From Octopus bimaculoides (Eukaryota), in assembly GCF_001194135.2 (NCBI RefSeq), contig NC_068992.1, positions 66,926,855-66,990,854 on the forward strand: 64,000 bases of DNA, written 5' to 3'. The first letter of the stretch is position 1; each line of letters starts with the position of its first letter. This document shows, piece after piece, positions 1 to 13,010 of the stretch. Position numbers and translations under genes: made by a program. The notes beneath the pieces were generated by a model, which was given only the letters and a program-made list of their open reading frames with translations, made no database searches and was not told where the DNA came from.

Positions 1-39
1 TATATATATATATTTATATATATATACCTGTATGGTGTA

Positions 40-74
<35 letters not shown>

Positions 75-545
75 CCGCATGTGCGTGTGTGTGCGTGTGC
101 CGGTCTGTTCCACTGTTCCTCTCACCTCCACTCTTTCTTTCTGATCTTCCATCAACTTTCTTTTCGTCTCCTTCTCTCCATCTATCTCTGCTGATACACA
201 AATACACTCTCGCGCGCGCACACTTACTCACACACACTTACTCACACACACACATACAGGTACGCACACAGACGCATCCACATTTATACGCACTTCTATA
301 CACTTAATACATTTTGTATGTATGCATGCATGCATGTATTTATGTATGTTTGTATGCATGTATGTATATATCTATCTACCTGTCAATCTATCTTTCTATA
401 CGTTCATATATACACGCGTATACTGTTGACGCATTGATATATATATATACATACACACACACACACATACACACATACACACACACACACACACACATAT
501 TTATATATGTGTGTGTGCATGTCTGTTTGTGTGTGCGCGTATGTG

Positions 546-595
<50 letters not shown>

Positions 596-894
596 TAGAT
601 AGATAAGTAAACTTTCATGTGAGTATTCCGTGTATTTTGTGTTATAAACATACCATGTGGGTATAAATTCATAGAAGATGGAAAGAAATGAAGCAGCAAA
701 ATGTTATTAGTCAAGTTTAAGTCTACCTTCATACATACATACATGTGCGTGTGTGTATATCTATCTGTCTATCTATGTTGAATGATATACATCGCTATCC
801 TTCGTTCAATAGACAGATTGATAGATTGTCAGAGAGAAAGACTGCGCTGGGAAAAGAATAGCGAAAAGGGTAAGAAGAGAGAGAGAGAGAGGGA

Positions 895-939
<45 letters not shown>

Positions 940-1029
940 AGAGAATGAGAGAGAAAGAGATGAATGAATTTAATATAGAACAAAACACTTAAGCATGTGC
1001 AGTATGTATGTGATTATGGTAAAGCGAGG

Positions 1030-1076
<47 letters not shown>

Positions 1077-1173
1077 TGACATGTGCGTTTGTGTGTATGT
1101 ATATATATGTACATATTCCCCCCCCCCCACATATATGTATGTATATATAGATATACATACATATATATATATG

Positions 1174-1250
<77 letters not shown>

Positions 1251-1375
1251 GTATACACACACACACATATATACAAACACAAATGTTACTCTATCTCTCT
1301 TACGCGCGCATTTCTATAATCATAAATGCATACATACATATATCTATATGCATACACACACAGAAGCAGACACAT

Positions 1376-1412
<37 letters not shown>

Positions 1413-2057
1413 CATATACATGAAGAAATGAAATGTCTGTAATATGTAAACCGTGGAAACTCCGAGTTTGTCTTTCGGAACGAAACACTGACTTCTATTT
1501 AATACCAGTAGTAGTAGTAGTAGTAGTAGTAGTAGCAGCAGCATTTTATTCTCCGTTCATTTTTTGGTGGGTGTTGTTTGTATGTGCTCTGTGTGTGTGT
1601 GTGTGTGTTTGTGTGTGTGTGTTTGTGTAACCGAGTATAGTTTCCAGTGTGTATATGCTGGTGTGCATGTGTTCGTTGACTGTCTACGTTTGTGTGCAAG
1701 TGTCTGTGTGCGCGCGTGCTGTCTTGTTTCCTTCTTACCTGCAACGTCTGTTAGCTTTCGTATCTGTTGTTGCAGATGGTAACCAGGTAGAAGACAGACA
1801 GACAGACGGGGAGGCGGACAGACGGACAGACAGACAGACAAAGCTAAGAGAAAGTTCCAATCAGAGATAAACTGATAGACTGAACGAAAAACATAAACAC
1901 ACACACGCACACACGCACATGCAGGCTGTACGCACACACACGCACACACACACACACACAAATACACACACATATTATACGTGTGCGTATATATATATAT
2001 ATATATATACGTATATATATATATATATATATATATACGTATATATATATATATATA

Positions 2058-2277
2058 TTCTTTTATTTGTTTCAGTCATTTGACTGCGGCCATGCTGGAG
2101 CAGTGCCTTTAGTCGAAGAAATCGACCCTACGACTTATTCTTTGTAAGCCTAGTACTTATTCTATCGGCGACTTTTGCCGAACCGCTAGATTACGAGGAC
2201 GTAAACACACCTACATCAGTTGTCAAGCGACGATGGGGTCAAACACTGACACACAAACATATACATACATACATACG

Positions 2278-2317
<40 letters not shown>

Positions 2318-2473
2318 CGACAAGCTTCTTTCAGTTTCCGCCTTCCAAATCCACTCACAAATCTTTGGTCAGCTCGCGGCTATAGTAGAAGACACTTGCT
2401 CAAGGTGCCACGCAGTGGGACTGAACCCGGCACCATGTGGTTGCTAACCCAGCTACTTACCACACAGCCACTC
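2058..2473 (-). mobile_element. tRNA-derived SINE, family A, full length with internal (TGTA)n/(TA)n microsatellite
   Basis: The minus strand begins GAGTGGCTGTGTGGTAAG...GGTTCAGTCCC (Pol III box A/box B-like), followed by GGCACCTTGAGCAAGTGTCTTCTACTATAGCC. It ends GCTCCAGCATGGCCGCAGTCAAATGACTGAAACAAATAAAAGAA. Homologous segments recur at 7000-7118, 13011-13302 and 26435-26505. Confidence 0.85.
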
Positions 2474-2559
2474 GAGTGCCTACGTACGTACGTACGTACG
2501 TATGTACGTATGTATGTATGTATGTATGTATGTATGTATGTATGTATGTATAGATCGTT

Positions 2560-2728
2560 AGCCACCAAACCTTTTTCTATTTTCTCTCTCTGTTTATTTC
2601 TGTGTTCCTTTCTGTCGCAGAGCGGAGGCTCGAAACATAAAAGACTTTCTCACATCCCGAGCATTAAACTAAGATATCTTTTTGTTCTTTACACACCAGT
2701 CTTCGTCTTTTGTTGTTTTTGTAAATTC

Positions 2729-2735
<7 letters not shown>
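2560..2735 (+). mobile_element. Penelope-like-element terminal repeat fragment (putative)
   Basis: Carries a hammerhead-like core (2612-2639) in a pyrimidine-rich context and ends in (TA)n. Minimal hammerheads are an established feature of Penelope-like element pseudo-LTRs. The assignment is inferred. Confidence 0.45.
2601..2654 (+). ncRNA. Degenerate minimal type I hammerhead ribozyme motif
   Basis: CTGTCGCA-GAGC-GGAG-GCTC-GAAACATA has the spacing of CTGANGAA-stemII-GAAACGTH. Stem II is GAGC/GCTC (2620-2631). Stem I is CTTT 2608-2611 with AAAG 2640-2643, plus distal TGTG 2601-2604 with CACA 2651-2654. Core positions A6 and A9 are substituted, so this copy is probably inactive. Confidence 0.5.
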
Positions 2736-2767
<32 letters not shown>

Positions 2768-3469
2768 GCATCCATTTATAAGCGCACTCACCTGAACATA
2801 CATACGCATCACAGACTTTTACCCCCGCATCCATACTAATCATAGGCACACACACACGCACGCACACACATACACACAAACACACACACGCAAACTCACC
2901 AATGCACTTGCTATACAGACGCGTGAGCGCGAGCGCCCATACATTCATACGCATTTAGACATGTACAAGTACACACTCCCTCACAAACACATATTCACTG
3001 ATTTACACCCGCATATACACGCATCCATATAAATACACCTCTACACATATATCCACAGTAATTATATTTTCNNNNNNNNNNNNNNNNNNNNNNNNNNNNN
3101 NNNNNNNNNNNNNNNNNNNNNNNNNNNNNNNNNNNNNNNNNNNNNNNNNNNNNNNNNNNNNNNNNNNNNNNNNNNNNNNNNNNNNNNNNNNNNNNNNNNN
3201 NNNNNNNNNNNNNNNNNNNNNNNNNNNNNNNNNNNNNNNNNNNNNNNNNNNNNNNNNNNNNNNNNNNNNNNNNNNNNNNNNNNNNNNNNNNNNNNNNNNN
3301 NNNNTGAAGTGGAGTGTAAAGTAGGCGGCGAAATATTAAAAAATGATAAATAAAAGTATAAAACATGAAGACAAAATGAGTGGAATCATTCGTGCGTAAA
3401 GTATTTAATTGCTAAACAGATTCAACGACCCGGCTAAGCTTCTTGCAATTCCTCTCACCGAAAACCTCT

Positions 3470-3612
3470 TTTGGGTCGCAGCCAAATCGTAACTATCTTA
3501 GAAAAACAACGGCGTAACACTATGTCTGAGTAAATGACCGGGTGGTCATGGCTGGAAGGCCTTTGTTTATACATTTTCCTGCTTTATCAGGACTGATCTG
3601 GTCTTAAGCAAG
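3470..3612 (+). mobile_element. SINE-like family C, degraded 3' part
   Basis: GCAGCCAAATC...CACTATGTCTGAGTAAA...GGTGGTCATGGCTGGAAGGCCTTTG...ATCAGGACTGATCTGG is similar to copies at 12425, 30335, 37590 and 43170. Confidence 0.55.
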
Positions 3613-3937
3613 AAATGCTTTCGTTCACGAACACATAATATTTCTAAAGATGGTCCATGGAAAATATCGGTGTTTCACATTTGCACAATGCAACCACGGT
3701 TAGGCATGTTGTAAAACCATAAATTATTGTAGAGAACAACGAATAAGCAGGGTATATGAAGGACCTGTCTTAACTATACATGCACCTGTCCCCTTCACTA
3801 TTCCACCGATGCAGTTTGGTGCCAGCGTCATAGCAACTGTTGCTGTCAGAAACAAAAGCGGTGAGACATACACACAACAAAGCATTTCCCTCAATTCTCT
3901 TACAGTTCCGCCATTCGACCGCCGTGGCTACTTTCTT

Positions 3938-4065
3938 TTTTATTGACCCCAAAATGATAAAAATGCAAAATTGGCCTCAATGAGATTTGAACTCAGAACG
4001 CAAAGAGTCGAAGCAGACACCGTGAGACGTTTTATCCGATACACAAACGATTCTGCCTGTTCGCC
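3938..4065 (-). mobile_element. SINE family B, degraded 5' half
   Basis: TTGACCCC...ATTTGAACTCAGAACG...ACGATTCTGCCTGTTCGCC is the reverse complement of the family B head seen at 43496. Confidence 0.65.
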
Positions 4066-4329
4066 ATGATAGCGCGCTGTATGAATAAATAGGTATACGG
4101 AGCTATGTTTTTATGTATTTAATTCCATTTAGCCATGTGGTCAGGTCACATTTTCCGATGGCAACAAGCCATGTGAACGAGATGTTTCACCATCCTTACA
4201 GCTCATCAGAAGGTAATTTATTATTCCCTGTCAGTACCTTAATAAAAGACATCTCAATGTGATCCCTGAATTTAGCACGGAGGTCTCTTGAAGGTCTTGA
4301 AACAACAATGCAATATACTCACAAATACC

Positions 4330-4590
4330 GAAAAGTTGTACCAATATAAAAAAAGCAACAGACTATGGAAGCCAGATATTATTATCAACTGGTTATTGTT
4401 ATAAAAGTTTTGAGGCCCGAACTCATTATTATCGGAGAAGTTTCGTCCCAAACTGTTCACAGTTCAAGGTGATGAAGAGGATCAAAGTTACAGACTTCAG
4501 AACTTGATATTGTTGATTGTTGATTGAATCTAGTTCTGCGCCTCATTGTTGATATTTCATAACTTTCTCCAAATTTCCTTAGCTTTTTAA
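4330..4590 (+). pseudogene. Possible highly decayed CR1/L2-type reverse transcriptase remnant
   Basis: KVVPI*KK at 4332, LVIVIKVLR, and FLQISLAF at 4564 echo the RT motifs AKVVPIYKK / SKVLE / FLDFSKAFD in the correct order. Similarity is weak and judged by eye. Confidence 0.3.
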
Positions 4591-4863
4591 AATGTATTTA
4601 AAAATTCTATGGAACTATTAATAATTTCATGTAAATACTGGGTTAAAAAAAAAACAAAAAAACTTTTGGGACTTCACATGCTACTATTAAAAGCATTATC
4701 TACTTAGACTTCTACAACAGAAAATCAAAACAAAACAAAATCGAATTGTTTTACGTTCTCTCGTACTTTCTAAATCCTTATGATGAAATTATATTTTAAG
4801 ATATTTTAAAATACAGCCTCAGAAGAAAGAGACCGAGGTAGAGAGATAGATAGATAGATAGAT

Positions 4864-4870
4864 AGAGAGA

Positions 4871-4952
<82 letters not shown>
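4864..4952. repeat. (AG)n microsatellite preceded by (GATA)n
   Basis: Direct reading. Confidence 0.95.
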
Positions 4953-4955
<3 letters not shown>

Positions 4956-6018
4956 CCCTAGCAGAAAATAGTCCGTTCTTTTCAGTTTTCAAGGTTGTGT
5001 TTAAGAATGAGCCGTTATGATCGTTAATGGAGAAGTTAAGTCTCTTGTTATTGACAAAACCTTTTTGAGGATCCGTTAGCATGAATAATGGCTTGCTTCT
5101 AGAAATATGGACGGTAAATTAGTGCCTGGTTCCTCGATGCTCGATGTGTCACCTTTGTGTCAAAGGAATGTCTTTAATGAATCGTGTGACTTCAATAATT
5201 CTCAAAGAATTGACCAGAAATGGTTGACATTAAGATGAATGATGGTTATTTGTAAAGAAAACGGATTAGTTGTTAGGTTTAAGATGAGAAGAGTTGCTGT
5301 GATGAGAAGAAAAAAAGAAACAAAACAAAAAATAGGACCTCGGAGATAATTTAGAGGGCATTGTCACGATGGAATTGTACAAAACTCTTCATTGTCAAAA
5401 GTTGGTGTTACGCTGAAATACATCCGTAACATAAAGGTATAGGGCAATGACGGGAAGGCAAAACCATTGAAAATTTGAAAAGGATAACCGTTACTCAGTA
5501 CCTGTCGTACGATTAAATCAAGTTATGATGGCAGTACGGGTCTTATAGCAATGTCTTATCTTGTACAAGGGACAATGACGTGTTTACGATGTACGTTGAC
5601 TGCTCGAGCGAAAGTCGTGAAGATTTACCAACACAAAACTTATGAAAATTTGACGAAAGTCTTTATTGGAAACCGTAGGGCATTCAGTTACTTTTGCGGT
5701 TTCACAGCTAATAATGTAGGTACACTTCACTTTATATATACGAGAATTAACACTAAATTTTTATAGGCATGGTTGAATAAAACCAAGTGAATAGGGATTG
5801 TGTCTTGCCTCTGCAAAATTGCAAGAAGCAATGCAAGTTAACGTAGTATCATGATTTCCAATTTATCGCCAAAAATATTCAATTGTCTTCAGCCAGATCT
5901 ACTCATAACGATAATGGTAATTCACTTCAACGAATACCTGCGTTCGTTTGAGGGTCCCGTCCTCATTGTAACATGAATTACTTTATAAATATATGAAAAA
6001 GGTTATTGCTCACAAGAG

Positions 6019-6231
<213 letters not shown>

Positions 6232-6999
6232 CTCTTATGATTATCTGTTTGGGAGCCAAAGCTAAACACTTTTAAGAGTTTGCCCACATCGTTAGAAAAC
6301 CCCATCAAATTAAATGTCTGTGTTGTATGACGTGAAGGTATTTCGCTCCTGCCCCTGTCACTTGCCCCACTCCCTCCAAGCTTTCAGTCATACTGTAACA
6401 TCTCTCATCCTTCGCTCGCCCTGGGATGCTGGGTCTATCTCTATCTATCCATGCAGGATAGCGTTCATACAGAGAGGAGAATTTTTCAAGTAACCATGTT
6501 ATTCCCTTTTCATTTTGTCCTTCTCCATCTCACTTGAAGATCTTTAGACCAGCCCCTACTTTAAAACTGTTGTCTATCGACTGGAACGATTTCGTTTAAA
6601 GATGGGGGAAGGGCAGGTACATTAGGGAGTCGAATACATTAGGAAATCTCATAGAAACATTTGTGTTATTCGTTCTGGTTGCTTACTCTCTTAGTGCAAA
6701 TCGAACGGGGGTCAATATTCCCTTTTATACTTTCAGGGATTCATTAATAGAATAAGGGTCAAGTATTTAGATTGATTCTTCTTTTGTCTCTGTATCTTCC
6801 TCTCACTCTTACTCCTCTCCCTTCTTTCACTCTCCCTTTAACTCTCTCTCTCTCCCTCTTTGTTTCTGGAAGAATCTCCTATGCTCAGACTTAAGGAGGT
6901 ACGAGGTCTAACAGGTTTCAAATGCTCAAGGCACAGCGTGTGCCACGACACTGCCGCTGTGACTCTATCATACTTGTATAATTCTATGCGTGTGTGTTT

Positions 7000-7118
7000 T
7001 GTGTTTGTGTTGTACTCAACCACAGCTTGAAAACGGGAGTTGGTATGTTTACGTCCCTATACCACAGCGGTTCTGCAAAACAGACAGATAGAATAAATAC
7101 CGGTCATAAAAGATAAGT
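7000..7118 (+). mobile_element. SINE family A, 3' fragment
   Basis: GCTTGAAAACGGGAGTTGGTATGTTTACGTCCC...GCGGTTCTGCAAAA...GATAGAATAAATAC matches the reverse complement of 2150-2235. Confidence 0.7.
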
Positions 7119-7130
7119 AGTGTGTGTGTT

Positions 7131-7132
<2 letters not shown>

Positions 7133-7209
<77 letters not shown>

Positions 7210-7240
7210 GTGTGTGTGTGCGCGCGCGCGCGCGCGTGTG
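7133..7240. repeat. (TG)n tract with embedded (CG)8; potential Z-DNA
   Basis: Uninterrupted purine-pyrimidine alternation including (CG)8 at 7221-7236. Confidence 0.85.
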
Positions 7241-7563
7241 TATTTGATGGTCTATGAAAATTACTTAACACAGTTTTTGAAGTGTAAAGGCGATTTTTTT
7301 TCTGAAATCTTTTATGAGGATCTTACTAAACGTTTTTGGGAAGAAGTTTTTTCTAGTGTGTGAGCGCTTTCGTTTAACCTTTTCAAACACACATGCTCTT
7401 GTATATATGTATGTATATATCTATATGTATGTGTGTGTATATATATATATATGCATATATATATTTATATATTTATATATATGAATATATATTTATATAA
7501 ATATATATACACATATACATACATATATATATATGCATACGTTCATATATATCTATATCTATC

Positions 7564-7680
<117 letters not shown>

Positions 7681-7965
7681 NNNNNNNNNNNNNNNNNNNN
7701 NNNNNNNNNNNNNNNNNNNNNNNNNNNNNNNNNNNNNNNNNNNNNNNNNNNNNNNNNNNNNNNNNNNNNNNNNNNNNNNNNNNNNNNNNNNNNNNNNNNN
7801 NNNNNNNNNNNNNNNNNNNNNNNNNNNNNNNNNNNNNNNNNNNNNNNNNNNNNNNNNNNNNNNNNNNNNNNNNNNNNNNNNNNNNNNNNNNNNNNNNNNN
7901 NNNNNNNNNNNNNNNNNNNNNNNNNNNNNNNNNNNNNNNNNNNNNNNNNNNNNNNNNNNNNNNNN

Positions 7966-7998
<33 letters not shown>

Positions 7999-8552
7999 TG
8001 TTTTGTCTGGGGAGAGTCGTTCTCTTTTGGTCCCTTATAATTTAATATTAACGGGTAAAATTTCCACTTCTTTCTTTTTTTTTACTTTCTAAAATTTTCG
8101 TTGCGTCTTCCAACCACACACACTTGTCGGATATTTTCCTCTGTCTTCTGCCTGCTCTCTCCATTGATATACACCGGTGCATCTTTCTTTCCCTCCGCCC
8201 TCATTTGTTAACCCTGCAGCCTCCAAGTTCCAAGTTTGCGCAAATACAGGACATATGTAGGACGTCAACATACACCATAACGTGATTGTTCTTTCTGTTG
8301 GAACAATGTTGGCTTCCATTTGCTTTTGCATTCATCTGTATGTATATGTGTGCTTGTTCATGTTCATGTATGTTAGAATACATGCATATCATAACATCAC
8401 ACACACACACACGTGCTTATATACATATGTGTGTGTGTTACTGTATTTTGTCGGTTCATACGTTTAACCCTTTAAAATTGTATGGTTTCGAATGTGTGTG
8501 AAGTTGTAATTGTATGTATGTGGTTTTATGTGTGAGCACGTGTATACATACT

Positions 8553-8583
<31 letters not shown>

Positions 8584-8732
8584 GCATATATATATATATA
8601 TATATATATATGTTTGTGTGTGTGTATGCATATGTGCGTATGTGTGACATATATTGAATGGTGACACTATAAAGAGAATAGAACCAAATTATACATACAT
8701 ACGTGCATGTACACCCACATACATACCCATGC

Positions 8733-8790
<58 letters not shown>

Positions 8791-9236
8791 TCTGTATTTC
8801 CAGCTGTCACCAGAGACGGAAATACTAAACAGGTCTATTGGCCATATGCGAACCAAATACCCATTACTTCCTGTGTGAATCTGTAACTTTTTTAACGATT
8901 CACAGTGACATGGAATCCGTACCCATCGTGTTCCAAACACAATGATCGTTTTATGACATAAATCCTGGACGTTTAGGTCTCTTATATTCTGTTAGTCACA
9001 ATTTTTGACCGTTTTAATAACGGATATTATTTCCACTAAAGGCCGATCTGTTGCTTGGCCGGGGAAGACTCTGTGCTGTAGGAACACAGCTCTGTCCCAG
9101 CAGCCGTTTTTTCTAGTATTTCTTGGTTGGAGTGTTAGGGCAAATCTGGTGTTTTCATTTGCATCTGTTTCTAGCAATATACACATAAACGCATATGCAT
9201 GCATCTCTCACTATCCCTCCATCCATCCATCCATCC

Positions 9237-9274
<38 letters not shown>

Positions 9275-9524
9275 TGTGTTTCTTTTGTAGTTTAGAAGTA
9301 TTTTGACTTCTATCTTTAGCGAATGAAGTACTTAACTAGTGCCCTAATATGTATATATATTAGGCTGTTGTGCGGTAATGATTCTTTGATCACGAGAGAA
9401 GGCACTCCTTGAAACCTTCGGTGATTTGTTATCGCCTGCTTTCAAGTAAAAAACCGGCAATTAAGCACTATCCGAGAGTCTTTCATTATTATTGTTATTT
9501 CATAATAACAATAATAATGATAAT

Positions 9525-9732
9525 TTCTACTAAAGGCATAAGTCCTGAAATTTGCGGCGAGGGAGTAAGCCGTTAACATCTACCCAGTGCGTAACTGGTA
9601 CTTAGTTAATCGACCCCGAAAAGATGAAAGGCAAAATCAACCTCGGCGGAATTTGAACTCAGAATGTAGCAGCAGACAAAATACCGTTAAACATTTCACC
9701 TGGCGTGCAAACGATTCTGCCAGCTCACGACC
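9525..9732 (-). mobile_element. tRNA-derived SINE family B (tail type B1), full length, flanked by (TAA)n
   Basis: Minus-strand head GAGCTGGCAGAATCG...GAGTTCAAATTCCGCCGAGG, central TTGCCTTTCATCTTTTCGGGGTCGATTAACTAAGTACCAG, tail AAATTTCAGGACTTATGCCTTTAGTAGAAATTAT. TAA repeats lie on both sides. Confidence 0.88.
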
Positions 9733-9757
9733 TTAATAATAATAATGATGATAATAA

Positions 9758-9831
<74 letters not shown>

Positions 9832-10127
9832 TTAAAAGAAGAGTGCCATTTGTTATCTTGGGAACAATATTTCGACATCTCGCGTGTCTTCCACTGGTNN
9901 NNNNNNNNNNNNNNNNNNNNNNNNNNNNNNNNNNNNNNNNNNNNNNNNNNNNNNNNNNNNNNNNNNNNNNNNNNNNNNNNNNNNNNNNNNNNNNNNNNNN
10001 NNNNNNNNNNNNNNNNNNNNNNNNNNNNNNNNNNNNNNNNNNNNNNNNNNNNNNNNNNNNNNNNNNNNNNNNNNNNNNNNNNNNNNNNNNNNNNNNNNNN
10101 NNNNNNNNNNNNNNNNNNNNNNNNNNN

Positions 10128-10162
<35 letters not shown>

Positions 10163-10164
<2 letters not shown>

Positions 10165-10290
10165 TGTACAAATCCAAATACATGGTACTCTAGGCATAAC
10201 ACCTACATGAACTTCTAACTTGTCTCTTGAGGTCTCTGGGTGAGACTTGGATCCAACTTGTACAAATGCAAAACGAAAGTCAAACATAAA
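10163..10290 (+). mobile_element. Dong/R4-type LINE 3' UTR fragment between two (TAA)n tracts
   Basis: TGAGGTC-N9-GACTTG (10228-10249) matches TGAGGTC-N8-GACTTG in the 3' UTR of the Dong-like copy at 35865-35885. It runs directly into (TAA)n at 10290. Confidence 0.55.
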
Positions 10291-10335
10291 ATAATAATAA
10301 TAATAATAATAATAATGGTAATAATAATAATAATG

Positions 10336-10392
<57 letters not shown>

Positions 10393-10986
10393 GTAATTGT
10401 GGGTGTACGCCTCTGTAGGTGCGTGTTTGCATATATGTGTGTGAGTGTGTATATATAGATAAATTGATAAGCAACCGAATCGCAGAGAATGTTAGGGAAT
10501 TGTGTTTATGGAATATAGAAATATTGAGAATCTTCCTTGAATTCACGTTTATATTCCAAAGATACTGCAAATGTCATCTTCTTTGCTGTAGTCGACTGGA
10601 CGGCGAAAAAAACAGCCATAATAATAATTTCGAAATAATACAGACACACACGCGCACATATATATATATATACACGCACGCGCGCACACACACGTGTGTA
10701 AGCATATACACCTCAACGTCCACATATTCACGTGTGTGTACGTGTGAGGTGCGAGTGTATAGTGATTGTACCTTTATATCGAATCTACCTTGATTTGTCT
10801 GTTCGATTTTTGTTTATATATCTATTCATATATTCATATATATACATATATATACTTGTATATATATATATATGCATACATATTTGTGAATATACATGTA
10901 TATCTCTATATATCTTTCTCATTCACTCTCTTTCTCTCCCACCTCTCTCTGTCTGTCGATCTCTCTCCTGTCTCTCTCTTTCTCTC

Positions 10987-11078
<92 letters not shown>

Positions 11079-12350
11079 ACCCCTTGTTTAGACGTCACGT
11101 AATCGTAAGTGCTCACATGTGTATGCTAAGATTGGTATGTTCATGGTTTCTGGTTTGTGTTTATCTAGTCTCTTCTCTGTGCAATTTTCTTATCTACGCC
11201 CGTCTCTTTGTCTTCCTCTATCAACCTGTCCATATTTCTATATATGTCAACATGTGTGTTTTTGTATGTATATCAGTGTCTAAGTGCAAAGATTGGTAGT
11301 ACAAGTATTGCCATCAGAGCACAATCACAGCGCATCTAAATACTCTGTACAATTTCAAGTGTTTTCAGGTGTCTCAATGTCCACACTCAACGACGTCTCT
11401 CTTGACACAGTCTCATACCACTGGAATCTAGGCTGACCATCGTTGAGGCAGCAATCTTTCATTTCTCCTTTGATCTTCTTTACTTGATATACAGAAACAC
11501 AACCATTTTGGGAGTTCAAAAGTTGAAGAGTTTGTGAAGAGTTCGTAATATATATGCATCTCTTCAACAACTTATGAATGGTTATGTTTTCAAATCTCTC
11601 ACCAATATTCAAAGAGCTGTTCCCAAGAAACATGGCTGCTATATTTGAATGTAAACATCATTAACTCGGTCATTATGGATGCATAAATGTGTGTGTGTGA
11701 CTGTGTATAAAGCTGCTTCATTCTTATATGCATGTTCACAAATAAATATGCTTCTACATGTATACGTGTGAATCTACATATATATATACACACACATATA
11801 TGTATATATGTATGTATGTGTATAGATACGTGAATATACACATACATATATTCACATATGTATACACACATTCACACACACACGCACACATCTCGCCATG
11901 TTGGACCGCTGAACTCTCTCTCTCTCTCTCTCTCTCTTCGTCTTTCATTTCTTCTCCCTCTTTTTTCCTCTTACTCCTAGGTGGAAGAGCTTGTTGTTCC
12001 TTCACCTGGCTTCGTCTGTTGTTTTTTTTGGTAAATTTGAACTATATGTATGTATGTATGTACGTATGTATCTATGTATATATGTGTGTATGTATGTGTA
12101 TATATATATATANNNNNNNNNNNNNNNNNNNNNNNNNNNNNNNNNNNNNNNNNNNNNNNNNNNNNNNNNNNNNNNNNNNNNNNNNNNNNNNNNNNNNNNN
12201 NNNNNNNNNNNNNNNNNNNNNNNNNNNNNNNNNNNNNNNNNNNNNNNNNNNNNNNNNNNNNNNNNNNNNNNNNNNNNNNNNNNNNNNNNNNNNNNNNNNN
12301 NNNNNNNNNNNNNNNNNNNNNNNNCATACATACATACATACATACATACA

Positions 12351-12384
<34 letters not shown>

Positions 12385-12424
12385 CATAGGCATACATATA
12401 CATATAAGTAGATAATTGTGCCCA

Positions 12425-12560
12425 GATTGTAAACGCACCTCTTATCAAGCCAGGATGGATAGGACTGTATGTGGTCGAATGAGCTGTTAGAAATAGCTAG
12501 CAAATCTCCCTCGAATCACAACATATCGTCTTCAAAAAGATAGACTGGTCAATATAATCT
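12425..12560 (+). mobile_element. SINE-like family C fragment
   Basis: GTGGTCGAATGAGCTGTTAGAAATAGCTAGCAAATCTCCCTCGAATCACA is shared with the reverse complements at 30510-30570 and 40965-41008. Confidence 0.6.
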
Positions 12561-13010
12561 AGTGTATATCGTTTTTCAAAACAGGAGACGAAAAACTCAA
12601 ATGTTCGATCTTGAAGGTTCTTGGGGGTAAACAATAATGTGTATGACATCAATAGCAATAACAACAATATCACATACATAAACCTCGGAGATAATCCTAA
12701 AAAGATTGCCTCATCAATTGAACGCAAACGTTATTAAATCATTTAGGTTTCTTCGTATAGATATCACATCATCGACGACTCACAGTTACTTTATCATCGA
12801 GCACTCATATTTTCGTAATCGATATATCATTAATCTTGCCAGCCGCCTGACAATATCTATTAATTTTAATTAATTCAATATTAATTATGTCATTTTAGAT
12901 TACTAACAAAATGGTTCCTTAACGATTTTAAAATATAAAGAAAAAAAATTCTCCAAAAAGCCAACATGACGTTTGATGCCGCAAATGTCGATATTTTTCT
13001 TCAGTCATTT

